Both the position numbers and the translations under genes were made by a program. This document shows positions 54,038 to 62,021 of a stretch of 64,000 nt of DNA, piece by piece. The notes beneath the pieces were generated by a model that saw only the letters and a program-made list of their open reading frames with translations, was not told the origin of the DNA and ran no database searches. Every line of letters starts with the position of its first letter. Position 1 is the first letter of the stretch. This DNA is from an uncultured Holophagales bacterium (GTDB lineage Bacteria; Acidobacteriota; Thermoanaerobaculia; UBA2201). The stretch is from positions 2,320 through 66,319 of the forward strand of contig CAZRVT010000007.1 of the NCBI GenBank assembly GCA_964603505.1, written 5' to 3'.

Positions 54038-57000
54038 TCAGGGACAGGTGCAGGAGACGGGGGCGGAGGCGCTGTTGCGCGGGGGGTTGGGCTCCGCAGC
54101 CGTCTGATTGATGGTCGCAAAATCCGAGTTGTTGTTGTTTGTTTCCGTGCAACCGGCGGTCTTGCGGTCGTCCGCGGTGGTGTTGGACGGCGCCGGGGCG
54201 GGTCCGGCCCCTTCATAGCAGTTGGCTGTCCCGAACCCCACGAAATCCTTGATCTGCGCCCCGGTGGGACAGGCCCCGGAGAGGGCCGTGGTCGAGGCCA
54301 CCAGCGCCACCTTGCCGGCGGTGGAGGACATGGCGATGGAGCCGACGGCGTCGGCGGAGGGGAGGTCGGCGGTCCCGCCGGAGCCCTGCGCCTCCCAGAC
54401 GAGGTAATAGCCGCCGGAGGGGATGGAACCGGAAAGGTTCGTCACCTGCCAGGTGGTCCCGGTGGCGGAGGCGTATTGCACCGACCAGCCGGCGAGGTCC
54501 TGCGAGGAGCCGCCGCGATTGTGGAGTTCGATGTAATCCCGCTTCCAGTAGGCGCCGGAGTTCCCGCCGCCGCCGTAGACCCGGCTGATGACCACCAGCG
54601 GGTCGCAGGCGGAGCCGGCCTCGACGGTGACGGGCACGGTGTCGAGGGCCGTCTGCGCCCCGCCGGGGCAGGCGTCGGTGACGCGGATGGCGGCGGTGTA
54701 GGAACCGGCGGACGGGTAGGTGTAGGTTGTCGAGGCGCCGGTGGCCTCCGCGGCGAAACTCCCGTCGTAGTGGAAGTCCCATTCATAGGTGAGGGCGCCC
54801 TCCCCGCTACCCGTCCCCGCGAAGGTCTGCGCGGTTCCAAGCAGGACGGTGGTGTCGGGGTCCACGTTGACGATGGAGGCGGAGACGCCGGCGCAGACGA
54901 CGGCGCCGCAGCCGATGGCCGTCGGGGCCGTCCGATCGGCGTCGCGGACCGCGTAAGCGCCGTCGGAGGTGTAGCCGTAGGGCCCCTCCACCCCCCCCGC
55001 CTCGGCGACGACGCGGTAGAAGCCGTCCGGGAGCTGGGCGATGTTTCCGAGGGTCCATTGAATGTAGGTGGCGTTGTCGGTGGACCAGGACCCCTCGGCA
55101 TTATTCTTGAGATCGCAGGCCTTGACCCCGTAGGCCCCGGCGTCGATGGCGTCCTTCCCCGAGGCGCCGTAAAGGTGGTACCGGTAGGCGCTTCCCTTGT
55201 AGTCGGCGCGCACCACCAGGCCGCCCCCCGCCTTGGTCAGGGTGAAGGGGACGGCGGCCCCCGCGGGGCTCACTTCGGGGGGGGAGGAGACGGGAAGGGG
55301 GGTGTTGAACTGCCCATCGACGGAGCGGAAGGTTCCGCCGCCGCAGGCGGCGGAGACGCTCTCCACCTGGAAGTGATAGGTGGTTCCGGGGGCAAGCCCC
55401 GACAGGGTGGCGTAGTGGTGGCGCGTGCCGGAGGGGCCGGTGACGGTGGTCCCATAGGCCGTGGAGGTCCCGTACCGGACCGTGGAGGTGGAGGCGAGGT
55501 CGGTGTCCCACACGATCTGCACCGTGGCGGCGTCCACGAACTGAACCACGGGACCGTAGGTCGCCTGCGGGACGATCCCGGCGGCCGTGGTGAAGGTGAA
55601 GTCCCCCGAAACGATCCCGTCGGTCGTCACCCGATAGTGGTAGAGCGTGCCGGCCGCGAGGCCGCTCAGCGAAACGACATGCTGGTTCACGCTCGAGGCG
55701 CCGGTGGCCTGCGACCCGTAGGCGGAGGTGGGGCCGTAATCCACCACGCTCGTTCCCGGCTTCGTGGTGTACCAGGTGACGGTGGCGCCGCACGCGGTGA
55801 CCGGCCAGGCGGCGGGACCATGGAGGATGCGGTTGGGATGGCCCGATTCGATGATGTCGATCCGCTGGCGCGGCAGGAGCTGATAGCTGTCGCGGTAGGG
55901 GCTGGCGGGGTCGTATTGCCCCAGGACCGCAATGACGTCGAAGGTCCCGACGGGCGCCGGCGTCCCGTCGATATCGGTGTCGGAATCGATCCGCATGGTC
56001 ATGTAATTGGCGCCGTCGTTGACCGTGATGTTGGCACTGTTGCCGTAGGCGGGCCAGGTGCCGCCGGTGATGGTGAGGTTGTTGACCCGCACCAGCATCC
56101 CCTCCCACTGGTCGGCGTTGGCCCAGGTCCAGAGGTCGTACACGGTCCGGACCGAGGGCTCGGGGACGGGGCGCCCCTCGTCCAGCAGTTCGATGGAGAC
56201 GCCCGAGAGTTCGAGCAGGCCGTTGTAGTTGGTGATCGTCCCGGTGGCCTGGATGTAATCGCCGGGGTACAGCTCCGGCTTGATGAGGCCGTACTGGTAG
56301 ATGGTGGTCCCGCCGGAGCGCTTGTTGACCGTGTCGATGCTGTCGTCCTGGAAATAGACGGTGTTGGAGCGGTGGTCGAAGGTCCAGGAGCCGGCGGTGA
56401 CGGTCCCCTGGACGGTGACCACCTCGTTCAGGCGCGTGTACTGGTAATTGGCGTCCACCGGCCGAATCTGGCTGATGGGCTCCACCCGAAGGCCGGCGTT
56501 GCCCGGGGCGTCGAAGAGGCCGTTGTTGTTGAAATCGGCGTAGTGCGGGTTGGTGTGGGCGTAGGGGCACACCGGGTCGGTGCCGTACATGGGGGGAAGG
56601 AGGGGATCGAGCCGGCCCGGACAGCCGGGGGTGATGCAGACATTGGAGGCATCGGTCTCGCACTGCCCTCCCTTGACTTCCACCGCCACCCACGCGTCGC
56701 GCGAGAGGGTGAGCGGGTAGGTCTGGTCCAGCCGGACCACGGTGCCGGTGGCGGGGACGATGGAGACGGTTTGGACCGTTTCGCCGTTGACGATGATGTT
56801 CAGTGTGTCCACCGTCATCCAGGCGGGGGCCTGGATCCGCACCCGGAGGGTGGCGGCGCCGGAGGGGGCGCTCACCAGGGCCCCCATGGGCTGGCCGTCC
56901 AGCCAGGTCTCCACGAAGGGGCCGTTGGTGAGGACCACGCGCCCGCTTCGGACCGCGTCGCGGAAGGCGGCCTCGGTGATCGCCGCCGGCGCGTCCGTCC

Positions 57001-59032
57001 CCGTATAGACATAATTGCGGGGATAGCCGATCTCCTGGGAGAAGATTTGGTGGGTGTCGGTGTTCCCCACCCCCACCACCCGGTGGCCGGCGTTGAGGAG
57101 GTTGTACCAGTCGTTGAGGACCTGGGCCACCTGGTAGAGCCGCTTGCCGTTGACCACCTCCACGGCGTCGTAATCGTCGGAGTAGGCGGGGTCGCCGGGT
57201 TCCGCCGTGACGGGGTTGAGGGCGCAGAGGTCGAAGTAGCCCAGCCCTCCGGCCCTGGGGTGGTTCACCTGCACCACCGGGTCCTTCGGGTCGGACCGCA
57301 GGGCGCTGAAGATCTGCTGGGGGGAGAGGCCCGCGTGGTCCAGGGCCCCGTTGCGGGGGGCGCCGGGGTCCCGTGTGAGCGGGTAGCCGTTGTGGTGGCC
57401 CCAGGTGTTGGTCGTCACTTCATCCCCGGAGAACGCATTGACATGCGCCCCCATCCCCGTCGCGGCGATGGCGGTGTTCATCTCGGAGATGTAGTCGTGG
57501 TCGGTGACCACCACGATCTCCAGCCCCTCGGCCGCGGACTGGACGGCGCGGTCCTCCCACGCAATGGCCGAGTCGGCCGATCCGGCCCCGTGGACGTGCA
57601 TGTCCCCGGAGACATAGCCCGCGGTGTCCACCACCTTCTGCAGGACGGCGTTGAAGACGGCGGTCCCCGCCTCGGCCACCGTGAGGGTCTGGACCGCCGG
57701 CTCATACTCGACGCCCCGGGTGGCCCATACCTGGTAGGTGCCCGGCGGGACGATGGTGGAGCCCGGCCCGGAGCCCGAGAGGATGGCGTACCCGCCGATG
57801 AGGCTGCGGCTGTCCCCCAGCGTGGGCCCCTCCCACTTGGCGGTCAGGGGGGAGTAGAGGACGGAGATCTTGGCGGGCAGGGGCCCGCCCAGGGCGTCCC
57901 GGATGTCCCACGCGAGGGTGCCGGGCCGCGACATCGTCTGGTTCAGCGTCGTGGTGCTGCCGGCGGCGACGGCGACCGTCTGGCAGGCGGTGGTGGTGCG
58001 CCCCACGGCCTTGAACAGGACGTAATAGGTCCCCGGCTCAAGGTCGGCCGAATAGGCGCCGGAGGCGTTGGTGCGGGCGATGGTGTAGGACTTGGAGCCG
58101 GAGGCGCCCAGGCAGGCGCCGGTGTTGATGACCACCGAGGCCCCCGACACGGGGTTGCCGGTGACATTCTCCACCACGGCCCCCGCCAGCGTCCCGGTGA
58201 AGGTCCCGCTGAGGTGGAAGGCCTCGTCCGAGACCGAAGCGATGGAGCCGGTCCCCACGATGAAGTATCGCGTATACGCCCCCGTCCCCCCCCCGGCCGG
58301 GAGGTTCAGGTAGATGAAATTGGTGTCCGACCACGTGGAGCCGTTGGACATCTCGATGAGAGGATTGCCCGCGGGCCGGCCCACGCCGTAGGCCGATCCC
58401 TGTCCGTCCCCGGCCACCCAAGGACAGTCGAGGGTCTTGCCGCCGATGTCGTAGCCGTCGCCAAGGATGTTGCGGTTCAGGTTGGCCCACCCCGGGGCGA
58501 AGTGGGTGGTGAGCCCCCACTGCACCGCATCCCCCACCTGCAATTGCTGGATGTCGGACGGGCCTTGGTTGGTCAAGGTGGTGGTAACGGTCACGAACCG
58601 GTCGCCGGGCGCCAGCGTGTAGTCCGTGACCACCGCGATCTCGGGGTTTTCCGAGTCCACCCCCGTGCAGCGGATGTGCGCGGTCTGGCCGCCCCCGCCG
58701 GGATTGACGACGGCCAGGGTCGTGTAGTTGGCCTGCCGGCCGAAGTGGTTGTCGAACATGGTGAACATCGAGGCGAACCGGTCCTCGCCGGCGGCGTCGG
58801 CCGCGTCGATGATGTTGCCGCCGGTGTTGGCGAAGCCGTGGGGATGGTCGATGGCGTCGATGATCACCCGGATCTGCCCGTTCGAAAGCAGATAGTCGCC
58901 GATCTGACCGTCGGCCGTGACGCCGGGGATGAGCTGGGCGGACGACGTGATGGGGACCGCGGTGGCTTGGGCGGTCAACCGCAGAGGGGCCAGCACGAGG
59001 AGCAACAGGGCCAACATCCGGATGGATCGCAT
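54038..59032 (-). CDS. Giant exported PHP-domain metallohydrolase (CehA/McbA-like) with OB-fold, FN3/purple-acid-phosphatase-N-like, PKD and lamin-tail domains
   Basis: AAGGAGG RBS, signal peptide; PHP motifs GDMHVH, TDHD, HHNGY, NHPR, GNTDTH; OB-like VVTVQGTVT..YFQDD; two VxYGxxxxYG...LxGLxxGTxYHY/F repeats; PKD TYEWDF...YTAAIRVTD; LTD VISRVYGGGGNSG..DYIELHN. Confidence 0.88.
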   Translation of the reverse strand: MRSIRMLALLLLVLAPLRLTAQATAVPITSSAQLIPGVTADGQIGDYLLSNGQIRVIIDAIDHPHGFANTGGNIIDAADAAGEDRFASMFTMFDNHFGRQANYTTLAVVNPGGGGQTAHIRCTGVDSENPEIAVVTDYTLAPGDRFVTVTTTLTNQGPSDIQQLQVGDAVQWGLTTHFAPGWANLNRNILGDGYDIGGKTLDCPWVAGDGQGSAYGVGRPAGNPLIEMSNGSTWSDTNFIYLNLPAGGGTGAYTRYFIVGTGSIASVSDEAFHLSGTFTGTLAGAVVENVTGNPVSGASVVINTGACLGASGSKSYTIARTNASGAYSADLEPGTYYVLFKAVGRTTTACQTVAVAAGSTTTLNQTMSRPGTLAWDIRDALGGPLPAKISVLYSPLTAKWEGPTLGDSRSLIGGYAILSGSGPGSTIVPPGTYQVWATRGVEYEPAVQTLTVAEAGTAVFNAVLQKVVDTAGYVSGDMHVHGAGSADSAIAWEDRAVQSAAEGLEIVVVTDHDYISEMNTAIAATGMGAHVNAFSGDEVTTNTWGHHNGYPLTRDPGAPRNGALDHAGLSPQQIFSALRSDPKDPVVQVNHPRAGGLGYFDLCALNPVTAEPGDPAYSDDYDAVEVVNGKRLYQVAQVLNDWYNLLNAGHRVVGVGNTDTHQIFSQEIGYPRNYVYTGTDAPAAITEAAFRDAVRSGRVVLTNGPFVETWLDGQPMGALVSAPSGAATLRVRIQAPAWMTVDTLNIIVNGETVQTVSIVPATGTVVRLDQTYPLTLSRDAWVAVEVKGGQCETDASNVCITPGCPGRLDPLLPPMYGTDPVCPYAHTNPHYADFNNNGLFDAPGNAGLRVEPISQIRPVDANYQYTRLNEVVTVQGTVTAGSWTFDHRSNTVYFQDDSIDTVNKRSGGTTIYQYGLIKPELYPGDYIQATGTITNYNGLLELSGVSIELLDEGRPVPEPSVRTVYDLWTWANADQWEGMLVRVNNLTITGGTWPAYGNSANITVNDGANYMTMRIDSDTDIDGTPAPVGTFDVIAVLGQYDPASPYRDSYQLLPRQRIDIIESGHPNRILHGPAAWPVTACGATVTWYTTKPGTSVVDYGPTSAYGSQATGASSVNQHVVSLSGLAAGTLYHYRVTTDGIVSGDFTFTTAAGIVPQATYGPVVQFVDAATVQIVWDTDLASTSTVRYGTSTAYGTTVTGPSGTRHHYATLSGLAPGTTYHFQVESVSAACGGGTFRSVDGQFNTPLPVSSPPEVSPAGAAVPFTLTKAGGGLVVRADYKGSAYRYHLYGASGKDAIDAGAYGVKACDLKNNAEGSWSTDNATYIQWTLGNIAQLPDGFYRVVAEAGGVEGPYGYTSDGAYAVRDADRTAPTAIGCGAVVCAGVSASIVNVDPDTTVLLGTAQTFAGTGSGEGALTYEWDFHYDGSFAAEATGASTTYTYPSAGSYTAAIRVTDACPGGAQTALDTVPVTVEAGSACDPLVVISRVYGGGGNSGAYWKRDYIELHNRGGSSQDLAGWSVQYASATGTTWQVTNLSGSIPSGGYYLVWEAQGSGGTADLPSADAVGSIAMSSTAGKVALVASTTALSGACPTGAQIKDFVGFGTANCYEGAGPAPAPSNTTADDRKTAGCTETNNNNSDFATINQTAAEPNPPRNSASAPVSCTCP

Positions 59033-59079
59033 GACAACCTCCTTGCATTCAATCAGCGGGCGGCGCACGCCGCACGGGC

Positions 59080-59134
59080 AGTGTCGGGCATTCGTGTAAA
59101 TATTGACTAAGGATTCGGTTTGGATTGCGTTAAT
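59080..59134 (-). promoter_or_regulatory. Degenerate Pho-box-like array facing the PHP hydrolase gene
   Basis: Minus strand ATTAAC, CCAAAC, CCTTAG, ATTTAC at 11-bp period, 10-nt gap, GACACT. Confidence 0.4.
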
Positions 59135-59166
59135 TTGGCCCCGCTCAAACATGCCCGCGCCGCCGA

Positions 59167-59234
59167 CTTCCGGCCGGCTTCATCGGAACTTTACCCATTC
59201 TTAGCCCAAACCGAACAATCGTGGATGATATTAT
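59167..59234 (+). promoter_or_regulatory. Pho-box-like array and extended -10 upstream of the SPFH gene
   Basis: CTTCCG (59167), CTTCAT (59178), CTTTAC (59189), CTTAGC (59200), CCGAAC (59211), then TGaTATTAT. Confidence 0.6.
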
Positions 59235-59389
59235 TGTTGCAAAGTGCTCGCCTTCCATTCCTGCATGGGCACCGGGACGGCTTCCTTTCAGCGCTTCAGA
59301 GCCGACCCGGGAGTTTCGCTGGTGGGGCGGACCCAGCCCCCGCGGCGGCCTTATTCCCGCCGGGCATCTCTATTTTTTAGGAGGAGACG

Positions 59390-60268
59390 ATGATGATCAT
59401 TGTCGGTTTGTTGATGGGCGTTCTCACCGCCGCGGCATGGTGGCTGGCCTCCATGGTCCGCGGCCGCGGGCCGGTCCCGGTCCGCCGTCTGGCCGCGGTG
59501 GCGGCGGCCTGGTTGGCCTTCGGCCTGGCCGCCGCCGCGGTCCGCATCGTCCCAGCGGGCCATGTCGGCGTTTTGGATTTGTTCGGCCGCATCAGCCCCC
59601 AGCCCCTCGCTTCGGGGCTGCACCTGGTGAATCCGCTGAGGCAGGTCCACCGCATGGACATCCGTACCCAGGAGGTCAAGGAGACCGCCGATTCCCCTTC
59701 CCAGGAGGGGCTCAACATCCACTTGGAGGTCTCCCTCTGGCTCCAGGTCATCCCGGAGCAGGCGCCGGAGGTGTACCGGACCATCGGGACGGATTACCTT
59801 CAAAAGATCGTCATTCCCTCGTTCCGATCGGCTCTGCGCAACACCACCGCCCGACACGAGGCCAAGGCGCTGTACACGGGGGCCCGCGAATTGATCGCCG
59901 AGGAGGTGCAGGGAACGCTGAAGCCCCTGCTGAAGGCCCGGGGGATCGAGGTCCAAAGCGTGATGCTTCGCAAGGTGGAACTCCCGCCGCGCGTCGCCGA
60001 AGCGGTCAACCAGAAGCTGGCCGCGGAGCAGGAGGCGGAGCGGATGAAGTTCGTCCTCCAGAAAGAGCGGCTGGAAGCCGAGCGCAAGGCGATCGAGGCG
60101 GAGGGGATCGCTCAGTTCCAGCGCATCGTCTCCCAGGGGATCACCCCGACCTACCTGGAGTGGAAGGGGATCGAGGCGACCCTGAAATTGGCCGAGTCGG
60201 CCAACGCCAAAACGGTCGTGGTCGGCAATCCCAAAAACGGCCTGCCCCTCATCCTCTCGGGGCAATGA
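59390..60268 (+). CDS. SPFH/prohibitin (band 7) family membrane protein
   Basis: AGGAGG RBS; IVPAGHVGV, SGLHLVNP, SQEGLNI, AVNQKLAAEQEAERM, AIEAEGIA, YLEWKGIEA. Confidence 0.92.
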   Translation: MMIIVGLLMGVLTAAAWWLASMVRGRGPVPVRRLAAVAAAWLAFGLAAAAVRIVPAGHVGVLDLFGRISPQPLASGLHLVNPLRQVHRMDIRTQEVKETADSPSQEGLNIHLEVSLWLQVIPEQAPEVYRTIGTDYLQKIVIPSFRSALRNTTARHEAKALYTGARELIAEEVQGTLKPLLKARGIEVQSVMLRKVELPPRVAEAVNQKLAAEQEAERMKFVLQKERLEAERKAIEAEGIAQFQRIVSQGITPTYLEWKGIEATLKLAESANAKTVVVGNPKNGLPLILSGQ

Positions 60269-60364
60269 GGCGCTTCCAGGCCCCCATCGAGGGGCGATGC
60301 CCGCGGAGCAGGAGTGCAGGGGAGCGCCTTCTCCAGAGGGAGGCCATCGATGGGCCGATTTGAA

Positions 60365-61762
60365 ATGACCGCCAGGCCCCGGGATCGGCAGCCCGATCGG
60401 GCGGGGCGGACCGCGCTTGCCGGCATCCTCCTGTGGATCGTCGCCGCCGGGGGGGCGGGGGTTGACCTGCAGGTGCAATTCGACGTGCCCGGGGGGCCCC
60501 TGAGAAACCTCAACGGCGTGAACAACGGGCCGCGCTGTTTGACGGCCGTGGGGGACTGCGATTACTGCGAAGCCCACCGGGCCATGGGGATCCCGGCCGT
60601 GCGCACGCACGATTTATACGGGCCCACGGATTGGGACCATATCTTCCCCGATTTCTCCCGCGATCCGGACGATCCCGCCAGCTACAATTTTTCGGATTCC
60701 GACCCCTACCTGCTGGCCATCTCCGCGTGCGGGGAGGAAATCTTTTTTCGGATGGGCGTTTCCTGGGGAGGCAGTCCGATTCCGCCGGCCGACCCCGCCA
60801 AGTGGGCGCGGATCGCCGTCCGGATCCTTCAGCACTACAATGACGGCTGGGCGGACGGGTTTCATTTAGGGATCCGGGAGGTGGAGATTTGGAACGAGCC
60901 CGACATCTCGTTGTTCTGGCGGGGAACGCCGCGACAGTATTTTGCGATGTACGAGCGGGCCGCCCGAGCCATTAAGTCCTACGATCCCGCCATCCGGGTC
61001 GGGGGGCCCGGGCTGTGCTGCGACCTCGGCTTCCTGAGGGAGTTTCTCGAGACCTGCCGGAAGGAATCGATTCCCCTGGATTTCGTCTCCTGGCACCACT
61101 ACAGCTCCCAAAGCGAGGCGTATGATCCTTCCGCGCTGAAGAAGTGGGGCCTTTACATCAAGTCCTTGCTGACCAACGCGTATGGTTTTCCGGACACGGG
61201 GAACTATCTGACCGAGTTCAATCGCTCCCTAAAAGACGACGAATTGGAGAACAACTTGAATCTGACGGGAGCGGCCTGGAGCGCGGCCGCCCTCATCCAC
61301 TTGCAGGACGGCGCGGTGGACGCGGCCTTCCGCTACCGGGGGGATGTCCATCCCCTGGGAATGTGGTGGCCGGCCGACCGCGCCTGGCCCGTCCAAGAGG
61401 CATACGCCGCGATGGCCGGAATGCACCGCCTCTCGATGCGCGCATCGATCCGGGGGCTCGGCCGCTGGGTCCCGGAGTCGGCCTTGGCGGGATGCGACGC
61501 CGGAGGACGGGAGTGCCGGATCCTCCTGGCGGATCCGGCGGCGGGCCCTGGAAATCACATCCTCCGCCTGTCGGGCCTGGCCCACGGCCCTTGGGCGGTC
61601 ACCGTCAAGCGTCTGTCGGAAAGCGGCTGGAGGGTGCTGCGCGAGGAGGTCCACCCCGGACCGGAATTCACTTTAGATTTTTCCGCCCCAGCGCCCTTCA
61701 CCGCCGTAGTGGAGTTGCACGGGCCCGGCTCGGAGCACACCCGCCCCACGCCTCCCCCCTGA
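60365..61762 (+). CDS. GH39-like glycoside hydrolase (start uncertain)
   Basis: GVNNGP, VRTHD, EIWNEPD (acid/base), RVGGP, DFVSWHHY, LTEFN (nucleophile). Confidence 0.8.
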   Translation: MTARPRDRQPDRAGRTALAGILLWIVAAGGAGVDLQVQFDVPGGPLRNLNGVNNGPRCLTAVGDCDYCEAHRAMGIPAVRTHDLYGPTDWDHIFPDFSRDPDDPASYNFSDSDPYLLAISACGEEIFFRMGVSWGGSPIPPADPAKWARIAVRILQHYNDGWADGFHLGIREVEIWNEPDISLFWRGTPRQYFAMYERAARAIKSYDPAIRVGGPGLCCDLGFLREFLETCRKESIPLDFVSWHHYSSQSEAYDPSALKKWGLYIKSLLTNAYGFPDTGNYLTEFNRSLKDDELENNLNLTGAAWSAAALIHLQDGAVDAAFRYRGDVHPLGMWWPADRAWPVQEAYAAMAGMHRLSMRASIRGLGRWVPESALAGCDAGGRECRILLADPAAGPGNHILRLSGLAHGPWAVTVKRLSESGWRVLREEVHPGPEFTLDFSAPAPFTAVVELHGPGSEHTRPTPPP

Positions 61763-62021
61763 CGCTATTCCGTTCCATCGGGGACCAGGGGCCCGTGAAG
61801 ACGCATCCTGATGGGCCCTGACGCCTGGACGCTCCGGGTCAACGGAGCGGTCCGCGCCTTCGCCACCGTCAAGACGGGTCCGTTCCAGCCCTCCCCCGGC
61901 TCTGCTTCCACCGGGCAACGGGCCGCCGGCTTCCGGGGAGGCCCGGTCGCACCGGCGGAGGAGACCCGCCACGGACTCGAAGCGTAAAGGCGAGGAGCGG
62001 TTCGGATTGGGAGGATCCCGT

